A DNA stretch of 64,000 nt from Octopus bimaculoides (Eukaryota). Both the position numbers and the translations under genes were made by a program. The DNA lies in contig NC_068985.1 in assembly GCF_001194135.2 (NCBI RefSeq), forward strand, positions 31,370,121-31,434,120. Reading direction: 5' to 3'. Numbering within the stretch: the first letter of the stretch is position 1; each line of letters begins with the position of its first letter. Below the pieces are notes generated by a model that made no database searches, was not told the DNA's origin, and was given only the letters and a program-made list of their open reading frames with translations. Of this stretch, positions 1 to 11,660 are shown one piece after another.

Positions 1-128
1 AATGTGTCTATGTAAACAAGGGGCATAGTCTTAAAATATGGTAGAACTCATGACACTCCAGTAAATATTGAAAATAGAATTTCCTCACAGGACTTTTAGC
101 TGAAAATTTCTTTCATAGCAAAATTTAA

Positions 129-352
129 TACATGTGAAGGGTGCGAAAAAGTTCCTCGCTTTGGGTAAAAGAAAATACGGGAGGATCAGTTAATTAAGAT
201 ATTATCCAACATATTCCCCTCTCAGATTCACACACTTATTGCAACAGTCCTTCAATTTTTATAAGCCTTGTAAAAGAACTTGAAAGGTTAGGCCTCCAAC
301 CAGGCCTTTTGTGATATTCTTAAAGCTAGGAACTTTTCAGCACCCCCTTGTA
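129..352 (-). mobile_element. Short non-autonomous mariner-like element
   Basis: Imperfect terminal inverted repeats (AGGGTGCGAAAAAGTTCCTCGCTTT / AAAGCTAGGAACTTTTCAGCACCCCCTTGTA), TA ends, minus-strand remnant CNKCVNLRGEYV resembling a mariner transposase C-terminus. Confidence 0.6.
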
Positions 353-589
353 CTGTTAACTTTGAGTCAATGTGGAAACCTCACTGTGATCACTTGACCA
401 GTTAAAACTAGCAATCAAATCTATCGAAAACCACATTCCACTGCCTTATAAAAAAAATACATGTTGGATAATGCATCCTGAAGAACACCAATCACCAATA
501 TCATTTTATGCCCATTTCCCATTCAGGTACAGGCTATCTGAGCTTCATCATAGTCAATAGCTATCCCAGGTTTTATTACAGGTGCATAC

Positions 590-920
590 ATAGCTGTGTG
601 GTTAAGCAGCCTGCTCCCCACTGTGTGGCACCTTAGGCAAATGTCTTCTACTATAACCCCAGGCAAACCAAAGCTTTGTGAGTGGATTTTGTAGACAGAA
701 ACTGCATGGAAGCCCATCATACATGCACGCACATAATACATATATGTCTGTGTGTGTTTGTTTGCTTAAATCCCTGTAACTTAGCAGTTTGGTTAAAAAA
801 GACTGATAGAATAACTACCTGGTTTAAAAAAAGAAAAGTAAGTACTGAGGTTGACTTGTTCAAATAAAAAACTCTTTGAGGTGGTGTCCCAGCATGGCTG
901 CAGTTCAATGACTAAAAGAT
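590..920 (+). mobile_element. SINE (common family in this window)
   Basis: Shares GTGGCACCTTGGGCAAGTGTCTTCTACTATAGC...GTGGATTTGGTAGA-like core with copies near 13.7, 14.4, 29.7, 36.6, 57.2 and 62.1 kb. Confidence 0.7.
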
Positions 921-1665
921 ATAACAGAGATAACTAGCTGACCTGGTACAAAGCAATAAAAATAACGTAACAGCACTCTTCCAAGTACCACTGATGTATT
1001 CCACATTTTGTGTTTAGTTGTTTTTGTTGCATTAATGCATTTCGTACACTTAAAAGTTTGATTTGTTTTTTGCCCGTATCTTTACTTCACCTGAAATTTT
1101 ATTTGGTACATTGTGTTCCATTGTCTTTTTTCCTACAAATCAAGCATAGTTATTTATCTAAAGCTGTAAAACTGTGGGTATATTACATAAAGTGCTACTT
1201 ACTTAAATTATTTAACTTAACCCATCTTTCAAAGAGGAATTGTCAGAACTTTGTGTATTCTACAGCTTTACTTTTCTCATGAGGTTAACATCAAAAAGAC
1301 TCAGCTTGCTAATTCTAAACTTCAGACTATCCTATTTGCAATAATAATCTTGTGAAAGCACTCGGAAAATCTAAATACCCGAGTCAAAGAAAGATATCAC
1401 TTTAAAACAGAGAGCCAACAATTCTTAAATTAAAAAAACAAAAAAACAGCAGACTCAAATTCAATTTATATAACTTATTACAAAAGAAGGATGCATTTGC
1501 ATTTTATTGTTTGATACCAAAACATTATGATTTACAGTTCAAATAAAATAAATAATCAAAACATTTTATTTTCATTGATTTATTAAAAAAAAAAAATCTT
1601 AGAATGGTGTAAATTACAGAAAAAAAGAAATAGAGGTAATTTTCTTTTTGTTTTGAAGATTAAGT

Positions 1666-1809
1666 TCATGATAAATTTGACTTTGTCATAGGCATTGTAT
1701 ATATGGGCTGCATGATATGGTGAACAAGATAAAACACAAAACCTATAAAGGCTGAAATACAGCAGAAGACCAAAAGTAGTACCAGATGATTCTCCTTATA
1801 CTCATATAT
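1666..1809 (-). CDS. TMEM218: TMEM218 coding exon 3 (IYEYKENHLVLL...QPIYTMPMTKSNLS*)
   Basis: tttattttacag acceptor, phase 0; TGA at 1668-1666; minus-strand AATAAA hexamers downstream near 1565-1585 and 1503-1508. Confidence 0.85.
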   Translation of the reverse strand: MYEYKENHLVLLLVFCCISAFIGFVFYLVHHIMQPIYTMPMTKSNLS

Positions 1810-4800
1810 CTGTAAAATAAATGAATAAATAAGCATATATAATATGAATTAAAAAATCGTTAAAGTAAGTTTTGTCACAAACCTACCAGGTATAAAACTA
1901 TAAATTGCAAAAGGTTGACAGGAATTAACAAAAATATATCACACACTAACATCATCATCATCATTTAACGTCTGCTTTCCATGCTAGCATGGGTTGGACA
2001 ATTTGACTGAGGACTGGTGAAACAGATGGCTACACCAGGCTCCAATCTGATTTGGCAGAGTTTCTACAGCTGGATGCCCTTCCTAACGCCAACCACTCCG
2101 AGAGTGTAGTGGGTGCTTTTACGTGCCACCAGCACGAAGGCCAGTCAGGCGGTACTGGCGACGGCCATGCTCAAAATGGTGTATTTTACATGCCACCTGC
2201 ACAGGAGCTAGTCCAGCGGCACTGGCAACAATCTCGCTCAGATATCTTTTCACGTGCCACCAGCAGAAGTGCCAGGAAGGCGATGCTGGTAACGATCATG
2301 CTCAAATGGTGCTATTTATGTGCCACCGGCACGGAAGCCAGACAGCTGCTCTGGCAACAATCACGCTTGAACGGTGCTCTTAGTGCTCCACTGATATGAT
2401 AATTTAAATCTCTAAAATAATTTCACTCCCATTAGTCTAAAACACCATGGTTGTGGCAATAATAGAAGTATAGTACTATTACTACCATCATTGAAACCAC
2501 CCCCACTCACTCCCTGCCACTGATCTGTCTCCTATCTCTGTTCCTTACAGAGAGCTTTCAACTTTAAAAAATCCTATTCTCTACACGTATCTATGTATTT
2601 CTGTCTTCAATGTTTTTATCTTAAAAAACTTCATATACTTGGCATTGATGTAAACTACATTAGAAAGTACTTCAACCCTAAACAATTGCTAGCAATACAA
2701 AAGCTGAGGGAGATTACACTTTAATGTATTTACTGGATGTGCAAAGTCAGTGTACATGTATAACAGAGCGCTAGTGTTTTGAGGGAAAAATTGAGCATAA
2801 GAATGAGATGCAGCATGCATCTAAACTAATAGTGCTGATTTGGGCATGTAATGCATATGGATGTAGACAGTTGCATACAGAAGTCCTGATTATTTAAAGT
2901 GGATGGAACTTGTGGATAAGGCAACCCAGGAAGACATGGGTCAAAGTATTGAAAGCTGATCTGAAGACACTGAGCCTTACGAAGGAGATGACTAAGAACC
3001 AGGATACCAGCACATTGCTGTACTTAAGTCCTGTCCACCACAGCAGAATTGATACAGGTGCTGGTGCCACATAAAAAGTACCCAGTACATTCTATGGAGT
3101 GGTTGGCATTAAGAAGGGCATCCAGCCATAAAACCAATGCCAGAACAGTCAATGGAACCTGGCAGATCCTTGGCCTTACCAGCTCCGGTCAAACCCTCCA
3201 ACATGTGCCAGCATGAAAAACAGACGTTAAATGATGATGATATCTTGATTACTTGATTAGTGAAGTGAAATTTTATTAGCTTATTGAAAATGAAACAAAC
3301 TTCTTCAACAATATTTACTGATATGAACAAATTTTAAGTGTGGTTTAACAGTAGTTTAAAGAAAAATAGTTTAAAGGATTTTACCAAACTGTCATCAACA
3401 GGTACTGGATACTTTGATTTTCTTGGAATGACAATAAAAATTATTGTTAGTAAGGTACTCAGTAAAATTAAAATCGTTCCAAGATATCTAAAATATAATA
3501 AAGAAAAAACATTTTTAACATATACAGTATATATAGTGATTCATACTGAAAATTACATAACTTGAGTAGCAGCTGGCTGAAGGCTTGATGTCACAGCTCA
3601 TTACTAGGATGATGTAAATATTTGGGACAAAGATTTATTTTCAAAGGTTCAGTATGTCAGAGCTGTAAAATCAGTACATCAGTACATATTGTAAAGCTGA
3701 GTTTGTGAGTGTGTGTGTGTGTTGCATCTATAGAAATCCACACCTTACAAGATAGCAATTTGGGAGTCACACCAATGGATTCCTCATGGTCGAAAATGCC
3801 CGGAATCGGCCACTTATTATTCTTTTCTTCCTTCCTAACAAGTGAATTTTTCCATTAAAAATAATTCTAAACCATAACTTCTAACAATTCAACTTCTCTG
3901 GTTGACTTTAAGACCCCCCCCCCCAATAGGGGCTTTAACTCATACATTTTAGAGTGCCATGTTCTCCATTTTTCAGGAGCAAAAACTTTGAATAGGTTTT
4001 ATAAGATTTGGACTTTGGAATCTGGGCATAAAGATGAGTAGTATGAGATAAATATATCATGATTAGAATCTTTGATAGGGTGTGTAAAGAGGGAAAGAAC
4101 CCTCATTAAAATTCTTAATCTCCAATTTTGATGAAACTCGAATCATAGGTATTCCAGTTCATTAGAAAAAATATAAAAGAAAAGTCTAATTCTTCAATTC
4201 CATGTGACACAGGCAATTCCGGGTATCTCTGCTAGTTTTTTTTATAACTGAACGTGATGGAATATGAGAAAAATGAGAAGTATATTATACATATATAGGA
4301 AAGTCCTATTAATCTAGGTAATCTGGTATACCTGATTTTCCATCAATTAATTTTGTGGAAGTGATATGACTGGCTACCAACACCACTTCATCATTGTGTA
4401 TATTCAAGTTAAAAAAACGAGTGGCCAGTACTTATATATTATGTATTTGTGTTTATCTATTTATGGTTGTAAATGTACCATCCAACACAATGATTTTAAA
4501 GTAAGAATTAGGCAAACTCAGAAACAAAAGATAATTTGAAGGTGGGCATAAAAATTGAAAGAACTACCAAACTGCAATAGGTTCAGAAATGTATTGATAT
4601 ATGACAAGACAGAGAGAAAGATAGAAAGTTTGTAACACAAAGGAAAATTTAAAGAATTCTTAAAAGACAACCTGCTGAAAGTAACAGACTAAACCTGTAG
4701 ATAGGGTAAGATCCCACCAAAAAGATAACGACATGGTGGTGAAATAGGTCTGTAGTAACGCTGTGCGCATGCGTAGTCTCACGCATACGTGGAATTCAAC

Positions 4801-7800
4801 ATCCAAGCTTTCCCGCTTTATTCTGTCTCTTTCTTGCTGGCCAGCGATTGAGCAAGGACGTGTCTAGCTGTCTCTCCATCTTTCGAACTCACACTAGACA
4901 GCTCACATCAATATACCAACGTCCCAACAACTATGTTCTCACACACCGAAGATGTCTCAACAAACAAGATTAAAGATGTATATTTTCCACAATAAATAAA
5001 TATTGTTTGTGTTGATAGTTTGGAGTTCAGCGTTCCGTTCATATTTCTAATTTAATATAGGAAAGTCAGGTGTACATCTAATGATATATAACCCACTATC
5101 CTATAAAGTGGTGACCCCGACGTGATTCGTTCATACAACCCTTCTGATCTGTACAGCCTATGTGATCCTGTTCACACAGTTTTTCTTACAAACTGGTGAA
5201 TTCAAACACGCAGCCCGCTGAGCTATTTAACACTTTCCTATAAAGTGGTGACCCCGACTAAGAAAAAACGCGGCCATGGATTCTGGACTACCAACCTATA
5301 ACTGGTGACCCCGACTAAAGAACAAATGCGGCCATGGAGACTGAATTACCAAGCAACGATGACCACCAATGCCACCAACATCTCCAACCATAGTCAACAT
5401 GACTTACTATGTACACCAAACTAAACCACCGCGGCAAATCTCTCTTCGATTCTGTTAGGTGACTTAGCTTCACCACGNNNNNNNNNNNNNNNNNNNNNNN
5501 NNNNNNNNNNNNNNNNNNNNNNNNNNNNNNNNNNNNNNNNNNNNNNNNNNNNNNNNNNNNNNNNNNNNNNNNNNNNNNNNNNNNNNNNNNNNNNNNNNNN
5601 NNNNNNNNNNNNNNNNNNNNNNNNNNNNNNNNNNNNNNNNNNNNNNNNNNNNNNNNNNNNNNNNNNNNNNNNNNNNNNNNNNNNNNNNNNNNNNNNNNNN
5701 NNNNNNNNNNNNNNNNNNNNNNNNNNNNNNNNNNNNNNNNNNNNNNNNNNNNNNNNNNNNNNNNNNNNNNNNNNNNNNNNNNNNNNNNNNNNNNNNNNNN
5801 NNNNNNNNNNNNNNNNNNNNNNNNNNNNNNNNNNNNNNNNNNNNNNNNNNNNNNNNNNNNNNNNNNNNNNNNNNNNNNNNNNNNNNNNNNNNNNNNNNNN
5901 NNNNNNNNNNNNNNNNNNNNNNNNNNNNNNNNNNNNNNNNNNNNNNNNNNNNNNNNNNNNNNNNNNNNNNNNNNNNNNNNNNNNNNNNNNNNNNNNNNNN
6001 NNNNNNNNNNNNNNNNNNNNNNNNNNNNNNNNNNNNNNNNNNNNNNNNNNNNNNNNNNNNNNNNNNNNNNNNNNNNNNNNNNNNNNNNNNNNNNNNNNNN
6101 NNNNNNNNNNNNNNNNNNNNNNNNNNNNNNNNNNNNNNNNNNNNNNNNNNNNNNNNNNNNNNNNNNNNNNNNNNNNNNNNNNNNNNNNNNNNNNNNNNNN
6201 NNNNNNNNNNNNNNNNNNNNNNNNNNNNNNNNNNNNAGCTCTGCCAACTGACCACGACTTCCTGTGTACGGACATTCAACTTGTGTAATTCTTTTACGAA
6301 CTGGATATATAGCTTTTTGTCTCTACAGACACTTTTAATATGTTCTGTGTTTTCACTCACACACACACTTGTGCACTCACACATTTTCTTTCATTTGTAC
6401 ATTGCATGCATGTTCTCACGAGTGTACATTTCATTTCTTTCATTTTTCTTTGTGTGTGTTTGTGCTACATCTTGTGGGTGGTTTTCAGTGGCCATCCTGC
6501 CTCAGGCGTTCCAACAAAAAAAAATTATATTATCGTGCGTTCCACACTGGCGAGGGGAGCCCTGTAGTAACGCTGTGCGCATGCGTAGTCTCACGCATGA
6601 GTAGAATTCAACATCCAAGCTTTCCCGCTTTATTCTGTCTCTTTCTTGCTGGCCAGCGATTGAGCAAGGACGTGTCTAGCTGTCTCTCCATCTTTCGAAC
6701 TCATGCTAGACAGCTCACATCAGTATACCAACGTCCCAACAACCATGTTCTCACACACCGAAGACGTCTCAACAAACAAGATTAAAGATGTATATTTTCC
6801 ACAATAAATAAATATTGTTTGTGTTGATAGTTTGGAGTTCAGCGTTCCGTTCATATTTCTAATTTACTATAGGAAAGTCAGGTGTACATCTAATGATGTA
6901 TAACCCACTTTCCTATAGGTCTATAGATAGAGCCATAAAGGCTAACAGACAGGCAGGAAAAACTGCAAGGATGTGGGCAGCAAAGAGCAACATGAAGAGA
7001 AGTTAGATATCAGGTATACTTAGTAAGAAGAGAAGCTGTGAATAAAAAATTTCAAATGTTCTAAGACATGGTGGCAGTGAATAAAAGAAAATTGAGATGA
7101 CATTGGGGCAACGTGTTCAGAATGATAAGGGTAAATTGGGTATAAGAGAAATCAGTTGTAGTGTACAAGAGAGAAGACTGTAATGGTATAGGTATGTATT
7201 GCTAATGGATGATGACAGCTGCATAAGCAAGTGCTGAGTGTCCAAGTGAATGGTACTTGTGGAAGAGGGAGACCAAGGGAGACTTGGGATGAGGTGGTGT
7301 GAAATGTTGCCAGGATTTTACATCTGATAAAGAAGATGATAGAAGAATATGTAAACTAGTGACATACGGTATTGCAGAAGACCTGAACACCCATGCCGAC
7401 TTAGTGCATGCATTCCTCCCTTTTGCTGTGTCCAGTCTCCATCCTTTCATCTCCTCAACTCATCATGTCATGACACCCATGACTGAGAGGAAGTTTGTGC
7501 ATACTGAATATCTCCTGTCTTCATACCAAATCATAAGTCATGATGTTTGAGTAGAAAGGGATTGCATGCCAGCAAACTTTACTCATCCACTCTGACTCTC
7601 CTGTTATCATGCTTAGATATTACCTTGAGTATAAATCCAGACCCCTAATCAACATCTCATCTCTCCTCTGCACCACTCTAGCCATATATAATATGGAGTA
7701 TCCCCTCCCCAGCAAGCACTTGTTTTAAGTGTCCACTTCAGGGTTTGATGAGGTAGTTAGCCACAATGCATCAATCTTATTTACGTATTTCTCTTCTCAA

Positions 7801-10800
7801 ACAAATATACAATTCTCAATTTATTCTAACAAAGTTCACAGATTTTGGTCCATTCTTAATTCTAGACACCAATACCTACTAATCCTCTTGAAGATGAAAT
7901 TTGTCTTATTGTATATCTCTAACCTATCATTGTTGCCCAGATTACACAATATTCCAATTTCTTTTGTAAAGCTGATGGTTGATGTAGAATGCACGCCACC
8001 ATTCAGTTCTCTTCCTTGATTGTCAATAATAAAAATTTGCAGTTGTTCCAGCTCATATAGACTATTTTAAATACTTCTGTTGTTTCATCTACTCTCTGAA
8101 TTGCTCCAATCACCATATGTTTGACTATTTGTCCTCCACAGAGTACATCTTTCTAAACTTGTTATTGTTGAGAATCACATTCCGAGTTATTTTAATGCAC
8201 ACAACTCCTCTAAGCTCCTGTACTCCTCCCAACAACACTGGGACAGAGGCCAAATCCCTTGCCATCTTAAGCTGTCTGCACCAGTAATCTTGAGTAATCT
8301 TGACCAACTTACTAAAACTCCAACTATGCTTGATCTTAAACTCACTGATACTTCAGATATACTGGTTGGATAAAGCTTTACTAATTCTACTCTCACTATT
8401 TTTGGCATCAAATGTGCTTTAGCATCATTCTGCCTGAAATGTGTGTGTGACTGATACCTTTCTCCTTGGCATATCCATTAAACAACCAAAGCACATATCC
8501 TCAGCCCCTTAAAGTGGATCATGCGCAACTGCACTGCAGTTATACAGACATAGAACACAACATCAGGAGAAAAAAACACAATCACCAATTTGAAGGTATT
8601 CACCTACCACTGCAACACCTTCAAGAAGACCATCATGAAAGCAAAAACTGTTTTCCTGCATTTCACAATCTCCAAATGCTTTTGTCCCCTAAATTGCAGC
8701 AGCAATTTCTGATTTTTTGTCAAAATGATTTTTACTAATTTTGCAGAATCTTCTACCATACTTATCACCTGACAGGACTTTTTAAATAGCACCTGTACGG
8801 ATTCCAATACTGCACTTGCAGACACACACACCACTTATAATCTTGATTAGGCAAGGAATAGTGAGGTTGACTGATGAGCTAGGATATTCACTTAAAGAAT
8901 TTGGATGGATCTAAAGAACTGAGTTTTTTCTAAAATAGAGTGAATTTTTGAAATTGAGAGGAAGGGAGCAAGTTCTAAATGGGAGTGACTTATTGAGTAA
9001 ATGCTTTGCCAAATATCTTCATTGCATCTAGGCAGAAAGAAGAAATAATTGGATTATGTGTTGGTTGAATCTGTTGTAGATGATAAAGAAGTTAGAGAAA
9101 GGAAATGACAGTTCTATGCAAAGATCAAGTCTTTGATGATTGACCTCTGCACAAGAGACTGCAATTTGGGTCCAAGCAAATGTTTTTGCTATGATAAATT
9201 TGACATCCCAAGTAAACTATCGTATAAAATTTTCCTGAAACTTTTCCATTCTATTTATATTTTGAATGGTACCCAAATTCCAGTGTCCTATTGTAATTTA
9301 GATTTAATATAAATTTTGTACTCTTCGTTTGTAAGAACACTGTAAATCGTTGTAGATACAGAAATAGCTTGTTAAAAAATTTCATGACAATATTGGAGTT
9401 TAGATCATTAGAAATAATTATTCGTAAATCTTTAATTGCAGAAACCAAGGGAATGAGAGTAAAATCAAATTCATATTGTTCTGAATATTGCCATGTCTGA
9501 AATCTAATTTTAATTTTAGATTTGAGTCAGCGATTTTAGAGGGATGGTTCAGTCGATTACATCGACCCAGTGTTCAACTCGTACTTATTTTATTGACCCC
9601 GAAAGGCAGTCAACCTCGGCGGAATTTGAGCTCAGAACACAAAGAGCCAGAAGAAATGCCGCTAAGCATTTTCTCGATACGTTAACTCGCCACCTTCATA
9701 AATGAAAACATTGCATTTGGACATGGCAATTTTTAGTTGCACTGAATTTGCTAATTGAATACGTTTTTAAAATCCTTCTTACAATGTGCACAGTCACCAA
9801 GTTAAAAAATGTCGTTAGTAACTCCAACTCAACGAGACAAATTGTCCAGTGTCTCCTCCGTAATCCTCCCGCTAGATTCTTTGGTAATCTTCAAGTTTAG
9901 GGGGGTAAAAAAAGTAAATAAAAATATTCAAGGGAAATAACTGAACGACTTACCAGTATTATCCGTTTTCTTCTAGCTGTTTATAAATAAATCACACCCT
10001 AACCCTAACGTCAATCAAATCACGTGTGTGATTTATTTATAAACAGAGATGTACGTAGAATACTGGTAAGACGTTCAGTTACTTCCCTTGAATATTTTTT
10101 TTTTACCCCCCCCCTAAACTTGAAGATTACCGATTCTTTAATCACTCTTTCTACAGGAACTACCCAACTACGGAAACATTGGTATTTCATCTCGCACAAC
10201 AGCCATCTGAGAAGTACCGACATATCAGATACACATTTAAATGTTGCGTCTACTTATTTTGGCATAACTACAGGGTTTTACCCACCAGACTTTGGGAGGT
10301 CATAACTTTCAGAAAAATGAATATTTTTTAATGAAATTTTCTATGCATATAGTATTTACTATGTAGAATCCGAATATACAAAAATTTCCGGTGAAAGTGT
10401 TTTGGAATTGGGGTGGGGGACAATTTTCGGAAATTCCCCTCCCAAAGTCTGGGCTGTAAAACCCTGTAGTTATGCCCTTATTTTATCACATTATATTTTT
10501 TTTGTCTCATTACAATTAGTGGCATCGCAGGAAGAGAAGATTTGGGAATAAAATTTGATGCCCTCAGTTTTGAAATTATACATTTTTCCACACTCGTTCA
10601 CCAGTAATTAATCTATTAATTAACACAATTAGAAGGTTAATATAGATGTTAATACAGGAACACATCGAGATTATGGAATTAAAGCAATTTAAATAGTACA
10701 AATCAATGACGTCTGAAAGGAACAATTAAAGAACTGAAAAAACTTCAATTGGGTGTAGCCAAAACGGCATACTGAGAAAAATATTTTGCGTCATATATTA

Positions 10801-11606
10801 ATGAATTTACTTTTCGAAACAAGTCACTGATTGGTTAAAATTACCCAAATACGACAACTTTAACACGAAATAACTTCTGAAATACGAAATTTTGTCAAAA
10901 GCGTTCAGAGTAAACCGTGTTCTACGTAAGAAATTCTACCAGTATTCGAAGTTTCAAACTGTTCAGTTAAAAAAAAAACATCAATTAAAAAACCTGTGAT
11001 TCAAACTGAACAGATCCAAATAAAGTAATCTAGTTACAGTCTGATACCAAAGGCGAGTGATTGCCAACATCACTTAAATTCAATGTGTGTTGCCAACAAC
11101 ATATTTTTTCTTTAATTAAAAAATTTCCACGTGACTTTACGCACTCATATAAGTAAAATCTGCTTGTTTGATAATCTTTAAATTTTACTAGCACAATCTT
11201 AGAAAAAAAAAACAAAAAGATTCCACGCATTTACCTGAAAGGGGCTTTTCGTAAGTACATTAACAAAAATTTTATATTTTAACTTGTATATTTTAAGTTT
11301 CGTAGATAAACTTTACCGTTAAATATATTCAAATTTTGATTTGAAATTAAAGAAAAAATTATAATGTAAAAATAAACGTGCCTAACTTTGATGAAGTTTT
11401 ATCAGATTATAATTAAAACTTCAAAACAACATAAACGGTTTATATATATATATAAATATTGTGTATGTAGATATATAAAATATTCAAATTTGTACTTGCC
11501 TGATTTTTCCAGTAGAATAACTGGTGAATACACAAATGGTCAGTGATATGATCCACATAGAAGCCAAAAGGACGATACCAACACCAACACCAAAAATCAG
11601 CCCCAT
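1666..11606 (-). CDS. TMEM218: Transmembrane protein 218-like (ciliary transition zone), join(11606..11500, 3487..3385, 1809..1666), 117 aa
   Basis: Manual splicing gives MGLIFGVGVGIVLLASMWIISLTICVFTSYSTGKIRYLGTILILLSTLLTIIFIVIPRKSKYPVPVDDSLIYEYKENHLVLLLVFCCISAFIGFVFYLVHHIMQPIYTMPMTKSNLS*. It has three hydrophobic segments and resembles human TMEM218 as I recall it (LGVGAGVFILALLW, LLFPR, LIHYVLEPIYAKP). 107+103+144 = 354 nt, phases 2 and 0 consistent. Confidence 0.85.
1949..2395 (-). mobile_element. RTE-LINE 3' end / RTE-tailed SINE with (CAT)n tail
   Basis: (CAT)n-TTAACGTC..TTCCATGCTAGCATGGGTTGGAC block recurs at 15.9, 27.4, 31.9, 57.0 and 60.9 kb. Confidence 0.8.
3385..3487 (-). CDS. TMEM218: TMEM218 coding exon 2 (YLGTILILL...PVDDSL)
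   Basis: Polypyrimidine tract and ttttag acceptor; TTG|GTAAAA donor; transmembrane segment followed by PRKSKYP. Confidence 0.85.
3679..4235 (+). mobile_element. Non-autonomous Helitron-like element
   Basis: Starts A|TC...TAAAGCTGAG followed by (GT)n; ends GCAATTCCGGGTATCTCTGCTAG|T, the CTAG-T rolling-circle terminus. Confidence 0.5.
4751..6917 (+). mobile_element. Small two-LTR (TRIM-like / non-autonomous Gypsy-type) retroelement in TMEM218 intron 1
   Basis: LTRs 4751-5105 and 6563-6917, both 355 bp, 11 differences by manual count; GGTC target-site duplication (4747-4750, 6918-6921); PBS TGGTGACCCCGACGTGAT at 5109-5126 complementary to the tRNA-Trp 3' end; polypurine tract GGCGAGGGGAG just before the 3' LTR; interior partly in a gap. 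Confidence 0.92.
6940..7400 (+). mobile_element. Degraded RTE LINE fragment
   Basis: Contains GGTACTTGTGGAAGAGGGAGACCAAGGGAGACTTGGGATGAGGTGGTG, similar to the GRGRPRKTW region of the better copies. Confidence 0.5.
7600..8870 (-). mobile_element. Highly decayed retroelement, possibly Penelope-like
   Basis: Broken minus-strand peptides such as STISFTKEI..LEIYNKT and LKQVLAGRGYS loosely resemble Penelope RT; many stops. Confidence 0.35.
9250..9500 (-). mobile_element. CR1/Jockey-type LINE RT C-terminal remnant
   Basis: Minus ORF LIPLVSAIKDLRIIISNDL...NRTLEFG resembles the KDLGVIISSDL...RPILEY motifs. Confidence 0.45.
9528..9695 (-). mobile_element. SINE fragment
   Basis: GTCAACCTCGGCGGAATTTGAGCTCAGAAC core; a diverged copy lies at about 61850-62045 on the plus strand. 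Confidence 0.6.
9883..10131. mobile_element. Foldback MITE, GG-terminated, 8-bp TSD (Merlin-like)
   Basis: Arms start GGTAATCTTCAAGTTTAGGGGGG and cover most of the element; GATTCTTT duplicated at 9875-9882 and 10132-10139; CCCTAACCCTAA at the centre. Confidence 0.85.
10261..10476. mobile_element. MITE, GG-terminated, 8-bp TSD (Merlin-like)
   Basis: TIR GGCATAACTACAGGGTTTTAC...CAGACTTTGGGAGG; CTTATTTT duplicated at 10253-10260 and 10477-10484. Confidence 0.85.
11500..11606 (-). CDS. TMEM218: TMEM218 coding exon 1 (MGLIFGVGVG...TGKI)
   Basis: ATG at 11606; hydrophobic ORF; ends CAG|GCAAGT (GC donor, phase 2). Confidence 0.8.
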
Positions 11607-11618
11607 AGTGGGTTACCC

Positions 11619-11660
11619 GTCGCGATGACAACGTTGTTTATTTATTCCAAACTAGCCAAT
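11619..11660. promoter_or_regulatory. RFX X-box-like motif and CCAAT box at the TMEM218 5' end
   Basis: GTCGCGATGACAAC (11619-11632) resembles the X-box consensus GTTGCCATGGCAAC; CCAAT at 11656-11660. Confidence 0.45.

Noticed and set aside
5230-5340. Short direct repeats with spacers, superficially CRISPR-like
   Set aside because: Eukaryotic context; the repeats are duplicated primer-binding sites of an LTR element.
5315-6384. Long ORF-track entries spanning N runs (also 18380-18793, 25122-25765, 30469-30901, 56114-56842)
   Set aside because: Artefacts of translating assembly gaps as X.
8868-8910. CTGATGAG as a possible hammerhead ribozyme core beside the Penelope-like remnant
   Set aside because: No stem II or GAAA partner, and it is on the opposite strand to the element.
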